Assembly (NCBI RefSeq): GCF_001194135.2
Contig: NC_068993.1
Location: forward strand, 61,459,896 to 61,523,895
Length of the DNA: 64,000 nt
Direction of reading: 5' to 3'
From: Octopus bimaculoides
Taxonomy: Eukaryota
The translations under genes were made by a program, and so were the position numbers. Positions 49,480 to 61,523 of this stretch are shown here, piece after piece. Below the pieces are notes generated by a model. That model worked only from the letters and a program-made list of their open reading frames with translations. It was not told the origin of the DNA and searched no databases. Positions within the stretch are counted from its first letter, which is position 1. Each line of letters starts with the position of its first letter.

Positions 49480-49935
49480 TGACCCGGAAGTTGTTCCTCT
49501 TCAATTGCTATCGCAAACAGCAGCAGCTTCTTTAAGTGAATACATGTCATTTATTGGCTAAAAATTACCCAAATACGACAACTTTAACATGAAATAACTT
49601 CTAAAATATGAAATTTTGTTGAAAATGTTCAAAGTAAACTGTGTTCTGCATGAGAAATTACATCAGTATACAAAGTTTCAGACAGTTGGATTTATTCCAT
49701 CTCAACCACAGATTTTTTAATTTTTTTAAACCAAACAGTTTGAAACTTCGGATACTGGGTGAATGTGTCATGTAGAACACAGTTTACTCTTAGCGTTTTT
49801 GACAAAATTTTGTAATTTAGAAGTTATTTCGTGTTAAACTGGTCGTATTTGGGTAAATTTAACTAATCAATGACGTGTATTCACCTGAAGAAAGTTACTG
49901 CTGCTGTTTGCGAACCACAACTTTTGGCTCATTAT
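49480..49935. mobile_element. Foldback MITE (~450-bp near-palindrome)
   Basis: Arms cgcaaacagcagcag..gtgaatac..ttacccaaatacgac..gaaataacttctaa..agtaaactgtgttct (49512-49648) match the reverse complement at 49773-49915. Confidence 0.75.
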
Positions 49936-50180
49936 TTTTACAAAATTATAACTGAGACAGACCAACGACAGAACCTGTATGTGGTTGTATGATCTGCTAG
50001 AAAAAGTAGCCAAACTTTTTTTATATACCGAATAGAAAAACCTCTGATGCATTCAACCAGTATCCGAAGTTGAAACTGTTTAATTAAAAAATCCGTGACT
50101 GAGATTGACAAGATCCGTGAACTACTCTCGTACAACACTGGATATTAGCCATAATATGTACCGAGTTCCCATAACATTTT

Positions 50181-50481
50181 CGGATCTTTCTGAATTGACG
50201 GGCACCACTTGTTTTCTTAACGAAACAGGTCCCATTACACCACTAGAATATGTTGTTTATATTTCATAGCAGTAATTGTTTTCACCTCAATAGACGTCAG
50301 TGATTGGTTGAAATTACCGAAATACGACAATTTTTTACATGAAATAACTTCGACTACAAAATTTTTTATCTGTTCTATAACACAAAATATACAAGTATAC
50401 GAAGTTTGAAAGTGTTTCGGTACCAAAAACACTACATAAAACATAAATGAAAAGTGGTGCCCGTCAATTCAGAAAGATCCG
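50181..50481. mobile_element. MITE with perfect 30-bp TIRs and an interior related to the adjacent foldback
   Basis: cggatctttctgaattgacgggcaccactt (50181-50210) and aagtggtgcccgtcaattcagaaagatccg (50452-50481). Confidence 0.7.
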
Positions 50482-51079
50482 TCTCTGAAGTTTCAAAGTG
50501 TTTAGTTAAAAAAAAAAATTTTTAATCTGTGCCTGAGATGGAACAGATCCGATTGGTATAACTTGAGCTAAATTTGACAGTTATTTCTAGCAAATCGTAC
50601 AAGTACGTAGAGGTTCCATTGCTCTCACGTCGTTGTTTAGTCCAAGAAAACCCTTGGCTGAACAGCTGTGCCTATTCAGTGCTAGTCAAGGCGAAAGTAG
50701 AGAATACGGACACCCAGTGTTAGGGTTTTTGTTACGCCGAAAACGGGTGGTGCACGTAGTTTTTACCACCGCGGGTGGTCAATACATAAGTGTTAACAGA
50801 ATAAGTACGAAACTATGTGTAATAATAAATCTCTAAATGTATCTTTACTTTGGTTTTCTTTCCGTCCAGCATCTTACCATAATCATTTCTTGTGTTAATC
50901 GAAATTATCCAAGAAAATATAAAGGTAAACGGAAAAGTAAGTATTTATAGTTTTATAGTGTTTAAATCGATATTAAATATTTTCAAGACGGATCTTCGGA
51001 ATAACCGTCGTTTCTCCATGGGGAATGAAAAGAGCAAAGCATTGGGAGGGTTTTTCTTCCCCTTCATGATTCTAATATA

Positions 51080-51205
51080 CAGGGTGTCCACAAAGTCTGG
51101 GTAATGGGGATTAACACATACTTTAAGAAATTATTATTTCTTATATCTAATTGTTTATGTTATGATTTTATTTACTACATGTACCCAGACCTTGTGGACA
51201 CCCTA
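51080..51205. mobile_element. 126-bp Tc1/mariner-type mini-MITE in the first intron of ZNF-2
   Basis: ta|cagggtgtccacaaagtctgggta ... tacccagaccttgtggacacccta; absent from the paralogous positions in units 1, 3 and 4. Confidence 0.7.
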
Positions 51206-53196
51206 ATAGGGTGGCTTTTGGAATAGTCGTCACTAATAAAATAGAATTTTTGTTGTTGTTGTTATTTTGGGGTATTTTCACTATTATATAGAACTTCACC
51301 TTGCAAAACAGATGTCAATCGCCTTCCTAAAACAGAAAAAAGAAAAGAATTCAGTATCTTTACTTTTTGAATTGTCTCAGTCTCTCTGTCCCTCTCAATT
51401 ACGCCTTCGGAATAGCTGCCACGATTCACATGAATTAATTTTCTTTCCAATTTCCCTTCTGTTCTGAAATATTTACAATTCACATTAGAAATAAAATAAA
51501 CAAACTACCAACTGCACCTCACACTTCATCGCACCTTTCACGATCTAACGTATATTACTCGAGTAACAGTTGATCTCATGTAAAAGTCGACTGCCTATCT
51601 TTGGCCGAAAAATTGGGAATTTTCCATAGTCCCAGTATAAAAGTGGACCCTAAGTACTTCACGGACAACGGGACCACATTTGTGGATTAAGGTATAGTAT
51701 TATCCTGTACGTAGAAATAACACGGTTACATAATTGTGTGGCTTACCTTACTGTAGCCTGCTTTTATAGTTGGAAAGCATCATCGGCGAACACCGGCAAA
51801 CGCCACTGTCTAAATTCAGGCAAAGACTTTGGTAAACCTAAAAACATTCGGGGCTAATGCATTAGCTCCAAACATTCAAGTAATAGCTATGCAACCTTTA
51901 TATTTCCATCGTAAAATACAATAAGCACATGCGTCATATTCTTGTCTATTTACAGAGTGAGAAACGTGTTTTACAGACAGCACTATCGGCCAACAACATC
52001 AAACACCATTGTATGAATTCGTAGACTGGCATGACTTCGGTTATCCTAAAAACATTTATTTTTTCCACACTTTTGACTGATTATCTGGAGGTTCTTTAGA
52101 AACGCACCTCAGCAATTAAAATGATAATTTCAGTTGTTTAAAAAATAGAAGAGAATATTTGTAACAAAAGAAACGTATATCATTGTTGTCCAAAAGTTGT
52201 TCCTTGTTCTGAAGAGTTGTGGAGATCATAGAATGAGATACTGGAGATTGCATATAGCTTCTACTTGTCATAAGTCAAGGATTATCTCGTATATATGTGT
52301 GTGTGTGCACAATATTATATGCGTCTTAATGTAATATGGGTATATACAGTATATTGCTGCATGCCATAAGAGACAGTTAAAGGGGTTTGTATCAGAAAAA
52401 TCATAGAGCCAAATAATTTTGACAGCATGGAAAAGCTGACATCAAAAAATAATGATATATCAACTTGTATTTTATAACATTGTTTTTCTTTTTTTTTTTT
52501 CACCTTAATGTCCAGTGAATAAGACAGAATTGAGGCAGATTTTCTATTGTCTGCAACCTTCACTTGTTTCCATGTCCCTTTACTGGTCAGAAGACTGGAA
52601 GCAAATGACACTTCTTGCATCGCAGTGACTCTTGCTAGGCAAGCAGACAGTTATACTTTTATGATATGATGTATTGTTAAAATATATTTATTTCTCTGCT
52701 CTGTTCTATATGTAAAATTATAGAGATACACTGGAGGAATTCAGTTGTTCTGGTCACGGTTTCACTTCTACAATTTATAGATATAGTAATGAAATGAAAT
52801 TTATGCTGTTTATGCATTCTTGAAATCTTATACTGTTTTCCTTATTATTTCAGAATCAGAGGTGAAACTGGCATAAACAATTTCGTTTAATTTCGTTTAT
52901 TATACAACAGACACATCATCAATATTTATCATCTTTTAAAGACATAAGATGTTATACTGAACAAATATAACCATATTCATATAAATTTAAGGAATTATTT
53001 TGAAAAATTTCTCTGGAATGAGTAATATACAATTCTGCGTTTTAAATATCTTCATATAAATTTATAAAGCACTCTCCATTCAGATGATGGACACATAGCA
53101 GAAAAAAAAGGAAAGCAGCAAACATATATATTGTGGTGAGAGAAGAAAAATTATTAGTGAATCAGTTAAACAGCTGTTATTTTTTGTTCTATAAAG

Positions 53197-54309
53197 ATGG
53201 CAAAAAGCTTGGCAAAGTCTTCATATGAATGTGATATCTGTAACAAGTCATTCAGTTCAAAAGGTAATCTAACTACACATATACGTATTCATACAGGAGA
53301 GAAACCATATCACTGTGATATCTGTGGTAAAAGGTTCTCAAGAAAAGACGAATTGACTATTCATAAACGTGTTCATACAGGAGAGAAACCATATCAGTGT
53401 GATATCTGTGGTCAATCATTCACTCGTAAAGATATTTTAACTACACACAAACGTATTCACACAGGAGAGAAACCTTATCACTGTGATATGTGTAGCAAAT
53501 CATTCTCTACAATTACTAACTTAACGGATCATAAACGTATTCATACTGGTGAAAGACCATATCATTGTGATTTCTGTGATAAATCATTCAATCAAAATAA
53601 TCAGCTAACTAAACACAAACGTATTCACACTGGGGAAAAACCCTATCACTGTGACGCCTGTGACAAATCATTCTCTCGAAATGATGAGTTAACTACACAC
53701 AAACATATTCATACAGGAGAGAAACCTTATCGGTGTGACATCTGTGGTAAGTCATACTTTGTAAATAATGCTTTGACTGTACACAAACGTATTCATACTG
53801 GAGAAAAACGATTTATTTGTGATATTTGTGGAAAAGCATTTGTTGGAAGTAATGATTTAAAGGGACATAAACGAATTCATACAGGAGAAAAACCATATCA
53901 TTGTGATATTTGTGGTAAGGCATTCCCCCGAAGTGATAGCTTGCGTAGTCACAAACGTATTCATACTGGAGAAAAGCCATATCATTGTGAAATCTGTGGT
54001 AAATCATTCTCTCAAAGTACTGCTGTAACTGTACATAAACGTGTTCATACTGGAGAAAAGCCTTATATTCGTGGTAAAGCATTTTCACAAAGACCTGCTG
54101 TGACTGTACACAAGCACATTCATACAAAAGAAAAGCCATATCATTGTGATATCTGCGGTAAATCATTCACTCGAAGTGATTCTTTGCGTGATCACAAACG
54201 TATTCATACTGGAGAAAGGCCATATCATTGTGATATCTGTGGTAAATCATTCTCTTACAGAAATGTATTAACTCAGCACAAACAGATTCATATGCGAGAT
54301 CTGTGGTAA
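53197..54309 (+). CDS. C2H2 zinc-finger protein ZNF-2 (370 aa; 12 canonical + 1 broken finger; C-terminus frameshifted)
   Basis: Same leader as ZNF-1. Finger 11 reads PYIRGK (HCD lost, C>R). A 20-nt deletion relative to ZNF-4 gives HMRDLW*. Confidence 0.92.
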   Translation: MAKSLAKSSYECDICNKSFSSKGNLTTHIRIHTGEKPYHCDICGKRFSRKDELTIHKRVHTGEKPYQCDICGQSFTRKDILTTHKRIHTGEKPYHCDMCSKSFSTITNLTDHKRIHTGERPYHCDFCDKSFNQNNQLTKHKRIHTGEKPYHCDACDKSFSRNDELTTHKHIHTGEKPYRCDICGKSYFVNNALTVHKRIHTGEKRFICDICGKAFVGSNDLKGHKRIHTGEKPYHCDICGKAFPRSDSLRSHKRIHTGEKPYHCEICGKSFSQSTAVTVHKRVHTGEKPYIRGKAFSQRPAVTVHKHIHTKEKPYHCDICGKSFTRSDSLRDHKRIHTGERPYHCDICGKSFSYRNVLTQHKQIHMRDLW

Positions 54310-56846
54310 GTCATTCTCTCAACATGATTTAGCTGTTCACGTCTGTATTGTTCCATGAGAGAAAGACTGAAAAATCTCTTAAATATATCCTATTCATAAC
54401 CATGTATGAAACTAAATAAGAAGGAATAAACAAATCATAAAATATAGTCTTTCACCATACTTTAATAGGATAGAAGTATGTGATGTACTTATACATCTGG
54501 ATTGTGGGTACACTTTTTCTGTATGTTGTGTATATTCTTTCAGGTATATTATGTTGATTCTTGTTTTATCATTATTGTATTTGATCAAGAGACCAATTCT
54601 TTTGTTGGTAATGTCTTTAATTTAAACTACGACATGGTTCCTTCATGAGTTTATGGTGAAAATTAATGTTAAGTTGTCATTGCTGTATTAAACTTTACAT
54701 AAAAACAAAATTGGTGGAAAAATTTTCTGAATTAATATCATCAATGTTTTTTTTTTATGTCCATTGTCAATGCAGGAATGTGTTGGACCACATCATCACC
54801 ATCATCATCATTATTGTATGATGATTATAAAGATTGTCATCTCAAGCAGTTTGTCATTTCAAGTGTAAATTCCAAAGTTCTGACTGCAACAGTCTCTTTG
54901 TATTTTTATAATAAGTTAAACTCTAAATAAAACTGGTTTTCTCTGAAATTAATCTTTTTCTACCTTTTTTAATAACCGAATCTTGTTTGCACATTTTCTA
55001 AACTGATTTTCACCGATTGTTCACTTTAAAGCCTCAGTTTTGTGGGATTTGTTATAAAAATATCAGATTCAAGATGTTTTTAGTTGAGGGAGATAACTAA
55101 AAGTACCGATATTTCTCATAAAACTTGGGGAGATAATCCAACTTTTTTAATGGGGGTGAGATAACCGAAAAGTAACCTCTTTTTTATATGTATATTGTTA
55201 CGCGAAAACATAAATTTAATACCCGGAGTCGCGAAAAATCTCGTGATGGAATATGGGGCCATGAATGAATAAAAGTTTAAGAAGCGCTGCTCTAAACATA
55301 TCCATATTTTGGTTTTCTATTTATTATCATAAAGGTTTATCCGGATTCTGTTACTTCCGCCCAACTTCTACCATAATTATTTCCGGCGAAGAACTTTGTC
55401 GCATTTATCGAATTTATCAAAGAAAATAGAAAGGTAAAAAGAAAAGTAAGTATTTATAGTGTTTAAATCGATATAAAATATTTTCAAGACGGATCTTCGG
55501 AATAACTGTGGTTTCTCCATAGGAAATGAAAAATGACAAAGAATTGAGAAGGTTTTTCTTCCTCTTCATGAATTTAATATATTACGATTGTCCGCCAATT
55601 TTCCGTCTGTTTTGAAATGTTTACAATTCACATTAGAAATATAATAAAGTAAAATAACAAAAACTAATAACTGCACCTCACTCTTCATCGCACCTTTCAC
55701 NNNNNNNNNNATGTCCTGAGGCAGATTTTCTATTGTCTGCAACCTTCACTTGTTTCCAAGTAAGGTAATACTGTCCCTTTACTGGTCAGAAGACTGGAAG
55801 CAAATGACACTTCTTGCATCGCAGTGACTCTTGCTAGGCAAGCAGACAGTTATCCTTTTCGGAGATGATGTATTGTTAAAATATATTTATTTCTCTGCTC
55901 TGTTCTATATGTAAAATTATAGAGATACACTGGAGGAATTCAGTTGTTCTGGTCAAGGTTTCACTTCTACAATTTATAGATATAGTAATGAAATGAAATT
56001 TATGCTGTTTATGCATTCTTGAAATCTTATACCGTTTTCCTTATTCTTTCAGAATCAGAGCTGAAACTGGCAGAAACATTTTTGTTTATTATACAATAGA
56101 AGCATCATCAATATTTACCATCTTTTAAAGACAAAAGATGTTATACTGAACAAATATAACCATTTTCATNNNNNNNNNNNNNNNNNNNNNNNNNNNNNNN
56201 NNNNNNNNNNNNNNNNNNNNNNNNNNNNNNNNNNNNNNNNNNNNNNNNNNNNNNNNNNNNNNNNNNNNNNNNNNNNNNNNNNNNNNNNNNNNNNNNNNNN
56301 NNNNNNNNNNNNNNNNNNNNNNNNNNNNNNNNNNNNNNNNNNNNNNNNNNNNNNNNNNNNNNNNNNNNNNNNNNNNNNNNNNNNNNNNNNNNNNNNNNNN
56401 NNNNNNNNNNNNNNNNNNNNNNNNNNNNNNNNNNNNNNNNNNNNNNNNNNNNNNNNNNNNNNNNNNNNNNNNNNNNNNNNNNNNNNNNNNNNNNNNNNNN
56501 NNNNNNNNNNNNNNNNNNNNNNNNNNNNNNNNNNNNNNNNNNNNNNNNNNNNNNNNNNNNNNNNNNNNNNNNNNNNNNNNNNNNNNNNNNNNNNNNNNNN
56601 NNNNNNNNNNNNNNNNNNNNNNNNNNNNNNNNNNNNNNNNNNNNNNNNNNNNNNNNNNNNNNNNNNNNNNNNNNNNNNNNNNNNNNNNNNNNNNNNNNNN
56701 NNNNNNNNNNNNNNNNNNNNNNNNNNNNNNNNNNNNNNNNNNNNNNNNNNNNNNNNNNNNNNNNNNNNNNNNNNNNNNNNNNNNNNNNNNNNNNNNNNNN
56801 NNNNNNNNNNNNNNNNNNNNNNNNNNNNNNNNNNNNNNNNNNNNNN

Positions 56847-57854
56847 ACAGGAGAGAAACCATATCAGTGTGATATCTGTGGTCAGTCATTCATGCGTAAA
56901 GATATTTTAACTACACACAGACGTATTCATACAGGAGAGAAACCATATCAGTGTGATATGTGCAGTAAATCATTCGCTAAAAGTACTAACTTAACTGATC
57001 ACAAACGCATTCATACTGGAGAAAAACCATATCATTGTGATATCTGTGGTAAATCATTCAATCAAAATAACCAGTTAATTAAACACATACGCATTCATAC
57101 AGGAGAAAAGCCTTATCACTGTGATAGCTGTGACAAATCATTCTCTCGAAATGATGAGTTAACTACTCACAGATACATTCATACAGGAGAGAAACCTTAC
57201 AGGTGTAATATCTGTCGTAAATCATTCCCTCAAAATAGTGCCTTGACTATACACAAACGTATCCATGTTGGAGAAAGCCGATATATTTGCGATATCTGTG
57301 GTAAATCATTCCTTCGAAAGGATTCTTTGCGTCATCACAAACATATTCATACTGGAGAAAATCCATATTGTGATATCTGTGGTAAATCATTCATTCGGAA
57401 TGATGCTTTGCATCTTCACAAACGCATTCATACTGGAGAAAAACCATATCATTGTGATGTCTGTGGTAAATCATTTTCTCAACGTCCTGCTGTAACAGTA
57501 CATAAACGTGTTCATACCAGAGAAACGCCATATCATTGTGATATCTGTGGTAAATCATTTACTTGGAGTAACCATTTGAAGACACATACACGCATTCATA
57601 CTGGGGAAAAACCATATCATTGTGATATTTGTGGTAAATCATTCTCTCAAAGTACTGCTTTAACTGCACATAAACGTGTTCATACTGGCGAAAAGCCTTA
57701 TCATTGTGACATCTGTGGTAAATCATTCTCTAACAGAAAGGTATTATCTACGCACAAATGTATTTATACGGGAGAAAAATCACATCAGTGTAATATCTGT
57801 GGTAAGCCATTCGCTCAACATGCTGTAGCAATTCATTTCTGTATTCTTCCATGA
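56847..57854 (+). CDS. C2H2 zinc-finger protein ZNF-3, 5'-partial (start in gap); 10 canonical + 2 degenerate fingers visible
   Basis: Frame open from the first base after the gap ([24 protein letters not shown]...) to TGA at 57854. Confidence 0.92.
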   Translation, partial: TGEKPYQCDICGQSFMRKDILTTHRRIHTGEKPYQCDMCSKSFAKSTNLTDHKRIHTGEKPYHCDICGKSFNQNNQLIKHIRIHTGEKPYHCDSCDKSFSRNDELTTHRYIHTGEKPYRCNICRKSFPQNSALTIHKRIHVGESRYICDICGKSFLRKDSLRHHKHIHTGENPYCDICGKSFIRNDALHLHKRIHTGEKPYHCDVCGKSFSQRPAVTVHKRVHTRETPYHCDICGKSFTWSNHLKTHTRIHTGEKPYHCDICGKSFSQSTALTAHKRVHTGEKPYHCDICGKSFSNRKVLSTHKCIYTGEKSHQCNICGKPFAQHAVAIHFCILP

Positions 57855-59159
57855 GAGTATCTCCTTGTGCTAGATAAGAGACTAAAACATCTCCTAACTG
57901 TATGCATTCATAACCATGTATGATGCTAAATAATAAGGAATAAACAAATGATAACATATAGTCTTTCACCATACTTTAATAGGATAGAAGTATGTGATGT
58001 ACTTATACATCTGGATTGTGGGTACACTTTTTCTGTATGTTATGTATATTCTTTCAGGTATATTATATTGATTCTTGTTTTATCATCTATTGTATTTTAT
58101 CAAGAGACTAATTCTTTTGTCGGTAATGTCTATAATTTCATCTATGACATGGTTCCTTCATGAGTTTATGGTGAAAATTAATGTTAATTTGTCATTGTAA
58201 TATTAAACTTTACATAAAAACAAAATTGGTGGAGTAATTTTTTGAATTAATATCATCAATATTTTTTTTTATGTCCATTGTCAATGCTGGAATGTGTTGG
58301 ACCACATCATCATCATCATCATCATCATCATTGTATGATGATTATAAAGATTGTCATCTCAAGCATTTTGTCATTTCAAGTGTAAATTCCAGAGTTCTAA
58401 TTGCAACAGTCTCTTCATATTTTTTTATATTAATTTAAACTCTAAATAAAACTGGCTTACTATGAAATTATTCGTTTTCTACTTTTTTTTAATAACCAAA
58501 TCTTGTTTGCACATTTTCTAAACTGATTTTCACCAATTGTTCACTTTAAAGCTATTTAATTTATTGACACTATTTAATACAAGATCTGATCTGATGTTAT
58601 GAGGAAGTGAATGAGATGTAAATAATAAGATGATATTGTAGATGAAATGGTGATGTTGGTGGCTTTGTAATGGAGTGAGTTGGTTGATGAGAGCCAAGTG
58701 AGAGGTTGTCTAAAGACAAGATATTTCTTATTCTCAGATAATATTGGTTTCAAATTTTGGCTCAAGTCCGTCGACTTCAGGGGAGTTGGGGGTAAGTCGA
58801 TTACATTGAAGCCAGAGTTCAACTGGTACTTATTTTATTCACCTGAAATGATGAAAGCAAAGTTGACTTAAGTGAAAATTGGACCTAGAACGTAAAGGCA
58901 GACGAAAATGTCACTGATCATTTCGCCTGGTGTGCTAATCATTCTGCCTTCAACTATTGTCATATAATTTTAAAATGTGATATCATTTTATATTTATCTT
59001 CCTCAAACTACAGCAAGTGGAGGTGGGGTGTGGTGGGGGTCATTGCTTTTCTTTTCATTCATAACGAGAGTACGAATTCATCGTACGTCTGAATGCACAA
59101 TTATACTAAATATGTTTATTATTATATGTAAGAAATATAAAAAAGAGTAAAGGGTAGGG

Positions 59160-59430
59160 TAAAGACCCCTTCTTGTCATGAATGATCATGGGGTTGCTCC
59201 TCTCCGAGGCCACAAGTCTGGGCAAGGTTGTTTATGGACGACCAAGTCACCTTAGAAAACCAGCCTACACTCTCATCCAAGGGAATGGCAAAAGCTTGGT
59301 ACCAGTGACGTCGCAACTAATTTTTACAGCTGAATGAACTGAAGCAACGTAAAATCATGTGTCTTGCTCAAGAACACAACACACAACCCGGTCCGGGAAT
59401 CGAACTCACAGCTCCATTACTGAGCAGCCC
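59160..59430 (-). mobile_element. tRNA-derived SINE (family D)
   Basis: Aligns by eye with 25320-25610 (ggcaaggttgtttatgg; cagtgacgtcgcaact; cttgctcaagaacacaa; ccggtccgggaatc). Confidence 0.85.
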
Positions 59431-59507
59431 TGCATATTCAGCACTGTTCAATCCATAGTTGATAACTGAATAACTACGAAACTATGAGTAATTGTAATTC
59501 CCTCAGT

Positions 59508-60000
59508 CAGCGTTTCCTAAACTACGAAGCTAAATGTTGGGGTCGCGAAAATTAATTCAAGCACTGTTCTGTTATAAGTTCTGTTGATATGTTATTTCTG
59601 AAATGGCATTACTTGTTCTTTTGTCATTTAGCACCACATACCAATGTGAAACGACTTTTTCAGCTTTAATCGTTCAACGCTGAAAACGGTAGAATAATGC
59701 TTTACGTCCAGCAGTGACGAATGTTACACCAAAGTTTAAATTTGTTATGCAACAACAAAACAAGCACATTGGGTCACATTAATTTTTACTTTGGTTTACT
59801 TTTGTACTTGAAATAAATCCTAAAACTACTTTTTATTTTGAGAAATAATATAACTACTTTTTTTAAAATATGTTTATTATTCAGCAAAAAAAAAAAAAAG
59901 TAAATGATTTATGTATTTATTTCATATTCAATACCCGGAGTCGCGAAAAATCTCGTGACGGAATATGGGGCCACGAATGAAAAAAGTTTAAGAAGCGCTG
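59508..60000. mobile_element. hAT (Charlie-like) MITE inserted upstream of ZNF-4; its 3' end is also upstream of ZNF-3 (~55220-55290)
   Basis: Termini cagcgtttcctaaact...agtttaagaagcgctg; right flank ctctaaac fits the NTCTARAN preference; the left TSD is poorly conserved. Confidence 0.55.
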
Positions 60001-61523
60001 CTCTAAACGAATCCATATTTTGGTTTTCTATTTATTATAATAAATGTTTATCCGGATTCTGTTACTTCCGCCTAGCATTTACCATAATCATTTCCGGCGA
60101 AGAACTTTGTCGCATGTTAATCGAATTTATCAAAGAAAATAGAAAGGTAAAAGGAAAAGTAAGTATTTATAGTGTTTAAATCGATATTGATATTTTCAAG
60201 ACGGATCTTCGGAATATCCGTCGTTTCTCCTTGGGAAATGAAAAGAGCGAAAAATTGGGAAGGTTTCTCTTCCCCTTCATGAATTTAATATATTACGATT
60301 GTCCGCCAAAATTTCTATCAGAATCGTAATTTTCTTTGTATCAAACAGAAATACTACGAAAAAGTGGGGTGGGTTTCGAATTAGCTCTCAGTAATAAAAT
60401 GGAATTTCTCAGACATTTCACCATTTTATAGAATCTCACTTCGCAAAACAGATATTAATCGCCTTCTTAAAAAAACAAAAAGGAAAAAATTCAGTATCTT
60501 TGCTTTTTTGAAATGTCTCATTCTCTCTCTCCTTCTCAATTACTCCTTCGGAATAGCTGCCACGATTCACATGAGCTTTTTTTTTCTTTCCAATTTTCCG
60601 TCTGTTTTGAAATGTTTACAATTCACATTAGAAATATAATAAAATAAAATGACAAAAACAACCAACTGCACCTCACTCTTCATCGCACCTTTCACGATCT
60701 TTATCTTTTACTTGATTTAGTCATTAGACTGCGGCCAGGCTGGGGCATCACCTTCAAAGGTTNNNNNNNNNNTTATCTTTTACTTGATTTAGTCATTAGA
60801 CTGCGGCCAGGCTGGGGCATCACCTTCAAAGGTTTAATCGAACAATTCGATCCGAGTACTTATTTTTTAATGCCTGGTACTTATTATGTCGGTTACTTTT
60901 TGCCCAACCGCTATGTTACGGTGACACACACACACACACATACACGACCAGCTTCTTTGAGTTTTCGTCTCTCGAATCCTTTCGTAAAGCATTTGTCTGC
61001 CGTGGATCATCGTCGAAGACTCCTGTCCAAGGTGCCAGGCATCGTTTTTTTTTTCCGTCTCAATGTCCTGAGGCAGATTCTCTATTGTCTGCAACCTTCA
61101 CCTGTTTCCAAGTAAGGTAATACTGTCCCTTTACTGGTCAGAAGACTGGAAGCAAATGACACTTCTTGCATCGCAGTGACTCTTGCTAGGCAAGCAGACA
61201 GTTATCCTTTTCGGAGATGATGTATTGTTAAAATANNNNNNNNNNNNNNNNNNNNNNNNNNNNNNNNNNNNNNNNNNNNNNNNNNNNNNNNNNNNNNNNN
61301 NNNNNNNNNNNNNNNNNNNNNNNNNNNNNNNNNNNNNNNNNNNNNNNNNNNNNNNNNNNNNNNNNNNNNNNNNNNNNNNNNNNNNNNNNNNNNNNNNNNN
61401 NNNNNNNNNNNNNNNNNNNNNNNNNNNNNNNNNNNNNNNNNNNNNNNNNNNNNNNNNNNNNNNNNNNNNNNNNNNNNNNNNNNNNNNNNNNNNNNNNNNN
61501 NNNNNNNNNNNNNNNNNNNNNNN

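Noticed and set aside
53813-54166. Antisense and alternative-frame ORFs over ZNF genes (also 57265-57495, 61984-62214)
   Set aside because: Shadow ORFs produced by the 84-bp finger periodicity.
56170-56846. Gap ~220-280 bp longer than the paralogous distance, suggesting extra fingers in ZNF-3
   Set aside because: The equivalent gap in unit 4 is ~260 bp too short, so gap sizes are unreliable at this scale.
60651-60835. Exact 62-bp direct repeat flanking a 10-N gap
   Set aside because: Typical contig-overlap artefact of scaffolding.
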